Source: Marsupella aquatica (taxonomy: Eukaryota; Plantae; Marchantiophyta). From it: DNA of 64,000 bases. Made by a program: the position numbers and the translations under genes. Numbering within the stretch: the stretch's first letter is position 1; every line of letters starts with the position of its first letter. This document shows, piece after piece, positions 13,960 to 25,140 of the stretch. The stretch spans positions 21,299,867 through 21,363,866 of the forward strand of contig OZ316894.1 in NCBI GenBank assembly GCA_973895155.1, written 5' to 3'. Below the pieces are notes generated by a model. It was given only the letters and a program-made list of their open reading frames with translations. It did no database searches and was not told the origin of the DNA.

Positions 13960-14340
13960 TGCCATTGTTGACAACAGGAATTCAATGGTCAAGTTGGAGG
14001 GTCACACTCCTCAGGTGGTCATGCTAGACACAGGCGCTCAACCAGTGATATTGGGCATTCAGTTTGCCAAGAAGATGGGACTGCTGACTGATCATTTACA
14101 GCAATCTAGGTGGCATATTCGGACTGCTAGTGGCACTGTGGAGGATGTGCTGGGTGAGAGTTCTACTTTACTCACTCTCACTTTTAATGGAGGTACAGAT
14201 CAGGAACTGCATTTCCCAGTCAGATGTTTGGTTACCAATGCCACTACGTATGATGTGCTCATTGGCCAGGAGGCTTTGTTCCCACCAGGTTTTACCATTG
14301 ACAATTGGCATGAGCATGCATACTACAGAGTTGATTGGCA
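13960..14340 (+). pseudogene. Retropepsin aspartic protease domain
   Basis: VMLDTGAQPVILG active site, IRTASG flap and YDVLIGQEAL motif in ORF 13562-14917. Boundaries are approximate. Confidence 0.9.
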
Positions 14341-14689
14341 TATTGATGGCTCACACTTGGGCTACATTCCACTTGATTTGCATGGTGCCCATACACCTAT
14401 GGCTCACCACTGTGTGTTGAAAGCAGTGCACACAACTACCTATGTCAACCACCCATTGCAGGATTGGATTGAGGAGGATGACGATGAGGTGGCTGCTGCA
14501 CATGCTGCTGCACGTATAGCAGCACTTTCCAGCAACGTGGATCATCAACCAGAGGTGGTACAACGGCTCCAAGCAGCCCATGGACCTTTGGTGGCTGCAT
14601 TGCGCAAGTTTGAAGACCTTGGGCAGCACAATGGACAGCCAATAGCCCCAATCTTGAGCGCACCAGTTACATGGACTCCTGCTCCGGAT

Positions 14690-15154
14690 GGCCTTACATT
14701 GCTTGAGCTTTTTGGTGGCATTTCTACAGGCCTGGAAGCTCTCCTACAGTCGGGCATGGTGGTGAAGCAATACATCTACGTGGACATTGATCCAGGTGCA
14801 AGGCAAGTGGCTGAATCCCGTCTGCTGGAATTTTTAGACCGATTTCCCCAACAGTTTCCACACAATGCATGGAAGTCTGCATTTTCTTTCTTCCCTCCAG
14901 ATATCCAGCTTGTCTAGCACCGACACTTAACCCTTCTTGGTTCCCTTGATTTGATCATAGCTGGTTGGGAATGCCAAGGGTCTTGGCCTGGTTTATCGAC
15001 ATTCTACCGGTACATGGGATGAACCTAGTCTTGAGGAGAGAGAACGGGCTATGGGCTTCCAATTTGGTACTACATGTCACACCAAATCACCAGGCTGGCC
15101 AGGAATGCTTTACTTGGCAGGGTAATGGATCTCAATGCTCTCACTTGGCTTTTG
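14690..15154 (+). pseudogene. DNMT3-like C5 cytosine methyltransferase domain inside Pol (stop, internal deletion, frameshift)
   Basis: Motif I LLELFGGISTG; motif II-like YIYVDID; motif IV DLIIAGWECQG (14948-14980, after TAG 14915-14917, same frame); motif IX EERERAMGF (from about 15033, shifted frame); motif X ITRLARNALLGRVMD (from 15086). Confidence 0.88.
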
Positions 15155-15499
15155 GTCACTTGCATCCTTTTTCAGATGTACATTCATTCAGCATCCTGAG
15201 TTCCAGCCCTACCACTCCATGGTGCTGTTACATGGCATCCAAACCAGGTGCACTTACCTCTATTCAACACTCACCGCTTCAGTCCAAGTGTTGGGGGGAG
15301 GAGGTCCCTTGTAATGTGGCTGACATTATTTTTGAGTTTCATGGTGTGGACCAACCTAGATCAGCAGGTACAACAGGCCTTGGAGAGGCCTCATCACCTT
15401 ATCAGCAGCATGCTAGCAGCTTGGACAGTGGAGAGGCTAGCACTTTTGGTTCTTCAAGCACGAGTACATCAGGTCTTATTCCTAGTGTTGCCAACTACA

Positions 15500-16920
15500 C
15501 ATTCATCATGGGCAACCACCTGAGTAAAAGACAGAAGGACTAGCTGTTGAATTTGCTCCTCAAGCATGAGAATGTGTTTGCTTTCTCTATGAAGGCGAGT
15601 ATGAAGGACTTGGGTAAGTGCAAGACTATGCAATTCTCCATTGAGTTGGCTGATGAAACACATATCTTCAGGCGGAGACACCGTTTGAGTAAGCATGAGT
15701 GGCAACTGGTGGATGAGAGGTGCCAAGAGCTCTATGAAGCTGGTCTTATTCAGCCATCTACATCAGATTTTGCAGCAGCTACAGTGATGCCAGCAAAGAA
15801 GGATTCCAGTGGATTGTGGACAAAGAAGCGCATGTGTGGGGACTACAGGCCATTGAACCTGGTCACACCCCAGGATAGGTACCCCATGCCGCGGCCAGAG
15901 GAGCTATTTGACAGCATTGGAGACTCAGACATCTTCACTCTTGTGGATCTAAGGCAAGGCTTCAACCAGATTTTGCTGCTTGCAAATTAAGGATCGCAAG
16001 AAAACAACTTTCCATGGTAGTAACCAACTATGGGAGTGGTTGGTGATGCCATTTGGCTTGAAGAATGCGCCCATATTCTTTCAAAGAGTCATGGACCAGG
16101 TTCTTCAAGGTGCTGAGTTTCTGAAATGCTACATTGATGATGTGTTGGTCCACAACAAAGGATTTGACCAGCATCTACTTGACCTTGAGGAGCTATTCAT
16201 GAGGCTTAAGAAGGTGAACCTGAAGATACACCCCAAGAAGTGTGAATTTGTTGTCAGATCAGTAGTATACCTTGGGCACCGCATTCTTCCAAATGGAACC
16301 ATGGCTCACTGGGCCAAAGTGGTATCCATCTTGGAAATGCCCACTCCTACTGATGTTCACACTCTTAGGAGCTTTATTGGGTTGTGCAATTACTACCGGA
16401 TCTACATCAAAGATTTCAGTACCATTGCACATCCATTGTACTCTTTGTTGAAAAAGAATGTGACTTGGACATGGAGTACAGATGCTGAGGGAGCATTTGC
16501 CACTTTGAAGGAGAAGCTCTCAGAATACCCGGTGCTTAGAAGACCTGATTTCAACAAGGTCTTTGTGCTACACACAGATTGGAGTGCCCTTGGGATTGGT
16601 GCCATTCTGGGCCAGCATGATGAGGAAGGTAAAGAGTATGTCATTGCCTATGCATCCAGGAGCAACAATCAGGTAGAGAGTCATTATTCTTCTTATGAGG
16701 GTGAATGCCTTGCTGTTGTGTGGGTTGTCATACATTACAGGCCCTACCTCTATGGGACCAGGTTTGTTCTCTACACCGACCACCAGCCCTTGAAGTGGTT
16801 GATGACCAATGACAAGCTTACGGCAAGCTTGCTCGTTGGGCACTCATACTCCAGGAGTATGATTTTGAGGTAATTCATAGGCCTGGTGTGACACATCAAA
16901 ATGCTGACACTATGTCTCGC
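15500..16920 (+). pseudogene. pol: Reverse transcriptase and RNase H domains (frameshifted near 15985 and 16820)
   Basis: RMCGDYRPLN, DLRQGFNQI, MPFGLKNAP and YIDD (16130-16141); RNase H motifs LHTDWS, EGECLAVVW and YTDHQPL. Confidence 0.95.
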
Positions 16921-17049
16921 AGCCCTTTGATTGCCTCTGATGATTCCTCAGATGCACGATAGGATTTCGACCAGGTTTCCATCCTGCCTACATTTCATGC
17001 ATCTACCTATCTTGCTTTGCTGCCATGCTACATTGTTGACCAACCTGTG

Positions 17050-18501
17050 GTGGACATATGGGAGGACAACAACACTCTGAGATTTTTGCAGCATGGGGAG
17101 TACCCCATACATGTTACTGTTGCCCAGAGAGACCGAATTCAACAAAGGTCCAAGCGTTACTTGTGGAAGGGAGATCATCTCGTGCGCTGCTTGCCAGACA
17201 GGGAAGTGGTGGTTCCACCCATTCATGAGAGGATTGACCTTATCCGTAAGGTACATTCTGAGCTTGGTCATTTTGGCGTTAAGAGGACTTACAGCCTCTT
17301 GGTCCCTCATTATCATTGGAGAGGCATGCATGGCCAAGTTCGAGATGTTATTGCCCGGTGTGAACAGTGTGATAGGGTGAGGACTTCTTTCACATCCCGA
17401 CAACCCACACTTCATCCACTCCCTATTCAGGGCATGTTTTATCGTTGGTCATGTGATTTGGCTGGAGAATTACCCCTCACGTCTCGGGGTAATCTCTACA
17501 TCATGATCATGATAGAGCATTTCTCCAAGTGGATAGAACTTGTGGCATTGCCAGATAAGACCTCCCGTAGCACCAGCCAGGCATTCCTACAACAAGTTCT
17601 CAGCCGCTTTGGAGCTTGTGCAGAATGTTTCACTGACTAGGGCTCAAAGTTTAGAGGAGAGTTCCAAGAGCTGCTTGATCAGGCCCTCATTGATCATTGT
17701 CAGACATCACGAGATCACCCGCAGGCAGATGGCTTGGCAGAGCGCATGGTTCAGACATGCAAGAAGGGCCTCCGAAAGATCTGCCTCACCAAAAACAAGG
17801 AGGATTGGGACCTGGCCTTACCCTACATTGCCATGGGGTATAGGATGTCCAGACATGCATCACTGTCTAACTTTTCTCCCTACTTCTTGTTGTTTGGTCG
17901 TCACCTAGTTCCACCTTCTGCTATTGCTGCTCACATGCTTCAGGTGGTGGACTTGGATTCAGCTGTGACTTGGTCTGATGTGATCTCTGCGAGGGCTGCC
18001 CTATTTAGGAGAGTTATGCCCATGGCCATGGAGAATTTGGCCATTACACAGCACAGGGACACACTGCGTTGTGCACACACACGAGGGGGCACTTTTCAGC
18101 TCAAGGTCAGGAAGTTTGATGTGGGAGATTTTGTGTACTTGCAGCGACAAGCTAACGACACCCTTGACACCTCTACCAGTCGTACGATTCACAGGGTTAA
18201 AGCTATTCGACCGTCTGGAGTGCTAGAGTTACAAGGGGCAGATGGGCGCACAATTGCTGACAATGCCAAGAATTGCGCCCCTTGTCATCTGCCTAACCTG
18301 GATCCCACCATTGTGACTTCTACTTGGATTCCACCTGTGGACTACCCTTGCAAAGTGTGTTTACGAATTGATGATGCTGACCAGATGCTGCTGTGTGACA
18401 ATTGCAATGGAGGGTACCATCTTTTCTGCCTTCGGCCTGAACTTACCCAGGTGCCAGAAGGGTTATGGTTTTGCCCTTCCTGTGCTCCACATGCTACCTG
18501 A
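17050..18501 (+). pseudogene. DDE integrase with C-terminal PHD finger (one in-frame stop at 17638-17640)
   Basis: HHCC motif (HSELGH...CEQC), catalytic WSCDL / TD*GS / GLAERMV. PHD CKVC...LLCDNC...YHLFC...WFCPSC at 18349-18483. Confidence 0.95.
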
Positions 18502-18533
18502 TTTTTCTTCAGCCCTCCTTTTGGCTGTGGTCT

Positions 18534-18540
18534 GGGGGGG
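18534..18540 (+). promoter_or_regulatory. Polypurine (G7) tract immediately 5' of repeat B1
   Basis: GGGGGGG directly before ATACAGAGG in both copies (also 51229-51235). Confidence 0.65.
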
Positions 18541-18716
18541 ATACAGAGGTATACACCTCCACTACGTACATACCACCTCATTTGCTTTTTCTTGGCACTT
18601 GTAAATGTGATGGGATTTTTTCTATGCATGTTGGTTGCTAGCAGCTTGCACATATGCCTTGTCGGTGACTTTTATGTTTTTGATACACTATGGCTACGAT
18701 ACTATATGTCACGACA
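18541..18716 (+). repeat. Terminal repeat B1 (176 bp; inferred upstream U3 part of the LTR)
   Basis: Direct repeat of 19078-19253 and 51236-51411. Confidence 0.95.
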
Positions 18717-18718
18717 GC

Positions 18719-19077
18719 TGTCATGCTGAGGGACAGTGCCTCTTATGCACATTGGCATGTCCCTCGCCTGCCCGCTAGGTATGTAGTTAGGGCTAGTGTA
18801 CTACCTGAGTTAGCGACATGTTCTTGTAGCAAGTCTGGGCCGTTCTTGAAGCAAATGTGTTTGTTAGTGTGACGCCAGGACTTTGCTTGCTTAGGGCATG
18901 TCTTTCTTTGTTGATTTTCAGTTCTTCTTGAATCGCTGTTGACAGAGCTCAGACAGTGCTCGTCGGTTCCGTACACAGGATTCACACAGTGATTCGTTAG
19001 ATGCTCCCGACCGATCTTGGCATCCTGCCGGTTTTTGATTCGATTTCAATACAATTGTTTCTCTTACGCCTTTTATT
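18719..19077 (+). repeat. Terminal repeat A2
   Basis: Copy of 9761-10119, separated from B1 by the dinucleotide GC. Confidence 0.95.
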
Positions 19078-19253
19078 ATACAGAGGTTTACACCTCCACT
19101 ACGTACATACCACCTCATTTGCTTTTTCTTGGCACTTGTAAATGTGATGGGACTTTTTCTATGCATGTTGGTTGCTAGCAGCTTGCACATATGCCTTGCC
19201 GGTGATTTGTATGTTTTCGATACACTATGGCTACGATACTATATGTCACGATA
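19078..19253 (+). repeat. Terminal repeat B2
   Basis: Copy of 18541-18716 (about 7 differences), fused directly to the end of A2 (TTTTATT|ATACAG). Confidence 0.95.
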
Positions 19254-20988
19254 ACCCTGGAACAAAGCTGGTTGAATTTCAAGCCCTTATTCTCATGAGT
19301 ACATAAGAAATGATCTAAATAATGTGCACACCTTATGTCTTTAAGTATTACTCATAGTTTTGTGTCCTAAATTTATGGTTTTAATTAGTTTGAGTGTCAA
19401 TACCTAAAGTAAGTACATAAGTATCTCTACTCATGTACATTATGTGTACATCCCAATACCATAAACTTAAAATTTTCTGTTCATTATTATTTTTCTTTAC
19501 ATGTGTATTTTTATTTTTGTACCTTATGTGCACAAGTTTCAATATCAGACTCTACTTATTCCTAGTCAATGTCTTGTTTATATTTTAATTAGAACATCTG
19601 TATATCCCTAAAAAACAAAAAATGATGCATGTTCCAGTATGAGCATGCTATATAGCTTCTTGTTCATTTTTGGAAAAGAAGAACACTTCCACATATTGGG
19701 GAATTTGTTTTGTGTTTCTGAAAGTGGGGAAACTTAGCCCCACAGCTTGATTCCCCTTTGAACCTCAGGTACAGCCAAATGCAGAGGGGACTCCAAAAGA
19801 CAAGCCAATGTATAGTGCACTGCGTTTCATATGTACCACCCGCTGGGGTCTCACTTCAAGGGAGATCCATATCAGGCCCTAAGTTTTTAGGTAATAAAAT
19901 ACCCCAAAATTTAAGTAAAAGAATTTTTGTACAAATGAATTCATGCAATATTTTCAAATTTGGTGTTAAAAACCCTCTCGATTTTGTAATTCTCAAACCC
20001 TGAATTAGAAAACAACTCTAATGTTTTTGAACATTTTTTTTTAGAATCTTCCACCGAATTCAATTGGAGAAAACAAAGGAAAAAGCCAAGGCCAACCAAA
20101 GAATCTTCCACCCCATTCAATCTTCCTTGATATGGTCTCCTGCCTTTCTGAACTTGCGGTTTCATTTTTAGTTCTTTGAGAGTGGGAAACTGAGTAGAGT
20201 AGCAGGTGAGATTGACCAAAGATTGTTTATGATTAACCTTCTAGGTGCTGATCGCTTAAGTTTCTATTTCTTGTTAGGTTTTGGAGAGGAAGGGAAACCT
20301 CAACTGATATCTTAGTTCTGCGAGGAATCCTAATCAAAATGGGCTTGTCCTCTTCATTTCAGATATATTTGCTGCGCCTGGCTTGCCATAAACAAACATT
20401 TAAAATGCAAGCTGTTTGCTTCGGCTGTCAAGATAGGTTGAGTGAAACAGTGAGTGATAAATCAGTTGAAGCCGGTTTAGGCTTGCTGGTTAAGTGAGGA
20501 TCAAGTTTGATTGGCATCATCAAGAAAAGCTCCTATCCGGATAAGATAGACCACAATATTCAAATGGGTAGTTGTGGCTAATGGGGGTCTGTGGGTAGGT
20601 AGTTTCTTCTAGGTAGAAAACTGGCTAAGGGAAGACAAAAACCTGGAGATTGTTTACTGACTTAATGGAAGACATTTCAGTGCGGTGTCATGTGGCAAAT
20701 TTAGGTCACTAATAAAACTGCAAAATCAACTCGTTAAACCGCTTCTGTCCATTAGTCAGTACTTAATGCTCTTAAGAAATTTAAAAAGTGTACTAAAAGT
20801 GACTATCTTGTCCTCCCATAACTTTGGAGATAGCGGTGGCTTAAGATTTCAATAAAGATCCCGATAAGTTAAGATTATCTTCCAACTGTGCCTGCATATG
20901 GCAGCCAATTAGCTCAATTAGCGTCCTTCTTCTTCGAGGTCGATGTCCGTGATGAGTTGCTGAAAAAAGCTATTCGCTACATCTGTTC

Positions 20989-21023
20989 ACATGGGTTTCA
21001 CATGGGTTTCACATGGGTTTCAC
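20989..21023. repeat. 11-bp tandem repeat (CACATGGGTTT)x3
   Basis: Directly visible. Confidence 0.8.
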
Positions 21024-22258
21024 GATGACAGGGGACAAGGTCAAGTGTTAAGACCTTCGATTAGTACTCGGACTTTATCATAGTAGGTATGTCTTATATA
21101 TCTTACTCTAGTTACTTTGTCCAACTACAGTAAGTCAGTGAGGCCCAAAGTCAGTTGGGTTGTCCCACATATAAATAGAGGGCACACGTTGAGATTTATT
21201 TTACCAGTTTCACAAGTCACAGCCTTCTGTCAAAGTGTTAAAGTCCTAATTTGTCGTGATGCAGCCTCCATCTTAAGCGAGAGAATAATAGTAACCACAA
21301 ATATCACCTGGTTGCCATCAATTTGTGGTCATAGTTGTGATGTTCGTTTAGTCAGTCTCAATGCAGAGTGGAAAAGAACCTCAATAGAAAGACTTTTGGA
21401 AAATTTTATTCCCCCACTGATTCTCAATTACTAGTGGCCAGGTCTCTCTGCTTCGTGCTTTTATTGTCACATACGAATTACGTTCGAGGCGAGAAAAGAA
21501 TTACTATTTTTAATGGCTGTCAGAATTATTGTTTTTATGATGTAAATTTCATATTCTGGGAAAACTAATGTTCTGTTCAAACATCTGGATATTGGTGAAA
21601 TGAAATTAATGTGAGTTTTTACCTCAAGTCTCCAGCTTTGGGATTTGAGTTTCATTCCAGGTTTGAGCATTAAACTGACCACGTTGTGGAATGTAATGAA
21701 CTCTTCACTATTCTCTCAAAATAGTAATTGATGCACTCGGTCGTCCACATTCAAGATTCAAGTATGATTAAGTGTAATATACAACAAAAAATTCTTTACT
21801 ATAACTAGCAATCAACTTACTCAGTACACCGAAGCCATAGACTGTGACAAAAATATTTAGATTATATTTGTGAGTAAAAGACGTCCATCCTTACTCACAA
21901 CTATAAATCAAATATAACCAGTCATGGGAGTCTGGTATGGGAAAACCTTCCTCTGCTGAAGCAACCATATTAGACCATACTTTTGAACTTTGAGACTCCC
22001 TATTAGTGGACCGTTAATGTTTAGAACATGAAGCTTTCCTAGTTTCATCTCGTCCCCTGTTTCTCATCCTCATGAGCATCTCCAACCCTTAAGGTTAGTC
22101 ATAATAAAACTGAGCAGTGACCAAACCGAGCAACTAGAATGCATATAGACATGCTCAACCCGTTCTATGGAATGGATTTCAAGCACTGGAGTATTTGGTA
22201 GGATTTGTTTTTTTGGACCACAACACATAGTATTGAGTTTTGATGGAGTTCTTGTTGG

Positions 22259-22827
22259 GTTTTAGAACCTCTAAAGTTTTCTGGATTGGAATCTACTGTG
22301 GTGTGAATGTTGTGTAAGTTACTGTGGTAATAGAAGGCGGTGTTAAACTGATCTCTTACGTGGAGTAACATATCCACTTATAAATTTAAATATATAATAC
22401 TGCTAAGGATAACAACTTGGGGCTAAGTGAGTAAGTTGTTTCAACTGTATACTGCTTTACACAGTAAAATGATAGCGGTGTTATGAAACTGGATATTTAT
22501 GTCACACTGGATATTTACTCTTACTCGATTGAGTTCTAGTTCGGTTTTAGAACCTCTAGGGTTTTCTAGATTGGAATCTACTCTGGTGTGAATGTTGTGT
22601 AAGTTACTGGGTTTTCAAGATGGTAATAGAAGGCGGTGTTAAACTGATCTCTTACGTGGAGTAACATTATCCACTTATAATAAATTTAAAGAAATAATAC
22701 TGCTAAGAGTACGAATTTGGGGCTAAGTTAGTAAGTTGTTTCAACTGTATACTACCTTTACACAGTAAACTGATAGCAGTGTTATCAGACTGGATATTTA
22801 TGTCAGACTGGATATTTCCTCTTACTC
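22259..22827. repeat. Diverged tandem duplication, about 285-bp unit x2
   Basis: GTTTTAGAACCTCTA...TTACTC occurs from about 22259 and again from about 22544. Confidence 0.85.
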
Positions 22828-25045
22828 TTAACAGTAACAAAAACCAGTTACATTTGCTCTGATGAACCGATTGAACGATTCGATAGACTGCTGTCCTCGA
22901 ACTCCGCAATGATTGAGCCCAGATTCGCCAAAATCACGTGTCACGTACCCGTAGGCTGGGCCCTCTGCCAAATTCAATCGGCGGCCCTCCTCAGCACGGG
23001 AGGGACTGTACCTAATCTGTAAGGCCTTCCTCTACCTACCCATCGCTCCTCCCTCCGTCCCTCACTCCCTCCCTCCATCCATGCATGCATCTACCTACAG
23101 TGCTGTACTGCATGTCCCCCATCCCTCCTCCATGACTCTATTCATTCACCGCGCATACGTCTGCCATCATGTTAACAGTATACGCATGTGCTTGTGTACC
23201 TAAGACACTGTTTTATACGCTCTTATCCAAAAGGTGGTCGCGCTATTATTACTGTAACTGCGTACTATTACAATGTAATGTGTAGCAGTTATGGGACGGC
23301 CTTACAAGGCCGAGCGATAGTAACGCATTACAGGTGGGACGGAGTTATCCGCATTACACCACGACGGGCCCCCCGCATCTCGTCCGTCGATGGGGAGATT
23401 CGAGGGTGGATATGGGTTGTCAGACCGGGACAGTGTTACGTACAGGACCCGAATATCGTATGAAAATGGATGGGTGTACGGGGTCTGTGTATTGATTGGT
23501 GGATGACTGTGTACCGCGGATGACATACGCTGACGGCATGTCTCTGTTGTACGACTGAACCTGAAGTATCGGAATACGGTAGAGCTGTACGTTGGGAGTT
23601 CGGTCTGAGGGGGGACCAGCCCTGGTGGCAGGGGAATATTCCAGGTTATGTGCCACAACGACCTCGGCAGGGCACTGGAACGTGCCGCGTGGAATGTGGT
23701 CGGAATCTCGGTCCCTTCCCAGCTCCTCGGGTTTGAAGCTCTCTGCTTTCTACTGAAGACTTTCTATTATAGAGGGCTGGGTAAGGGAGCGACGTATAGC
23801 TTGGGTAAAGCGGTAAAGCACCCCCACCCCCACATGTCACGGCATTCACAACTCGGTAAATGGGTGAGTAGCGAGTTAAATGGCGTAGCTTGTTGGCCTC
23901 ACACTGCACCCAGTTAGCATCCCCACCCGATGGGCAAAGAGTAATGTAATGCAATGATCTTTTGTCAATTTGATGTGCACCAGTGTTGTCCAGGTACGCC
24001 ACAATGGGTAGACCTGCACCGTCCATAGTGTTTGGCAAAGGTGATCAGGAAACCTTTTTGCACACCCAAACTTACCAGTATGGTGTGCAAGAGGCAAGTT
24101 ATGACTGCCTGGCTGGGCTCCAGGATTTTAATTTTGCAGGGCTCAGTGGGGATAGAAAACTGGTTCCTCAAAGGCAGTCATGCTAAAGTTGTCCCTGGCC
24201 GGGTATCCGTGGTAAGCGGTGAGAATGCTCTAAGGTAGAGTTACCAAGTTGGGTCTAGTAACTAGAGCTACCACTGGCAATCAGATAGCTTTGGAGAGAG
24301 GACAGTTTGAAATGCATGAGCTGATGGGTCTACACCATTGGAACCCATAATGTGTGTCCTGGTGTTTGGTGTCCTTTAAATGGTTTGCACAATTGGTATG
24401 TATTACTTGAATTGTATATTGCATCTTTATTGAAGGGAAATGATGCTCTTATGGACCCAGCCGCTGAACCATGCAACCCTCATGGATAGTGACACTTTTC
24501 ACATTACACCTTTGCTCATAGAGGCTTTTCTCATTTCCAAAAGTTTTCAATAGACAGGTTTGACCTTCAATTTGTCCCTTGATATCCAACCAAATTTTCA
24601 TTTCCTGGGATTTTTATAAGTAGGTTGGAAGGAACTTTTCCAATGAGTCCAACAGAGTCCAATTTCATGGAAAATCGAGAGACCTAAAAATTTCCAAATA
24701 TGATTTTGTGATTTACTTGCCATAATACACACTATATATGAACATAGAGAGGTTTTCCTGCAACCGTCCTGGGTTAGTTCCAAGGGTTAGCACAATCGTA
24801 TATATCGCTAAAATTATATATTGCATCTTTCGTGCGTGCGCTTTTTCTGTTTTTATCCTCGGGAGATATTTTTACTGAACAATGGTTTGGACTTTTAATC
24901 CAGTCATTGAAGAGCCGCATTCATGCATGCCATAGGTTATGCCATATTCAGGCACGTAACTCAGGGCTGCAGAACCAGCAGAGGTTGGGAAACGAGCCCA
25001 CCCCATTAAAGAGACAATACCGGTACAATGATATTCCCAAACTCC

Positions 25046-25140
25046 AAAGCTGAGTAGAATGTGTTCGAAAAGCTGAGTGGAGTGAGTTGGAAAAGCTGAG
25101 TAGAGTGCGTTGGGAAAGCTGAGTAGAGTGCGTTGGAAAC
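25046..25140. repeat. Minisatellite, about 23-bp unit (AAAGCTGAGTAGAGTGCGTTGG) x4
   Basis: Directly visible, with no unique spacers. Confidence 0.8.

Larger units (their letters stand above)
9761..19253 (+). mobile_element. Ty3/Gypsy retrotransposon copy 1 (near full-length, pseudogenised): Gag-PR-DNMT-RT-RH-INT-PHD with split terminal repeats A1...B1-A2-B2
   Basis: Begins TGTCATG (9761) and ends CACGATA (19253; CACGACA in the other B copies). A 4-bp TSD ACCC lies at 9757-9760 and 19254-19257. Domain order RT-RH-INT is Gypsy type. Confidence 0.95.

Noticed and set aside
16948-17415. Antisense ORF shared by both retrotransposon copies (also 49643-50110)
   Set aside because: Explained by the high identity of the copies and codon shadowing of the sense integrase frame.
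9761-19253. DIRS/Ngaro/PAT tyrosine-recombinase retroelement, suggested by the split repeats and a methyltransferase
   Set aside because: It encodes an aspartic protease and an HHCC/DDE integrase, shows no tyrosine-recombinase ORF, has TG..CA ends with TSDs, and its MTase is C5-type rather than DAM-like.
18719-19253. A2+B2 as a conventional 3' LTR (TG...CA)
   Set aside because: The 5' end has only A, the PPT precedes B1 rather than A2, the PBS follows A directly, and copy 2 has A and B at opposite ends.
25046-25140. CRISPR-like short repeats (also 60260-61595)
   Set aside because: These are head-to-tail units without unique spacers, in a eukaryotic context with no cas genes.
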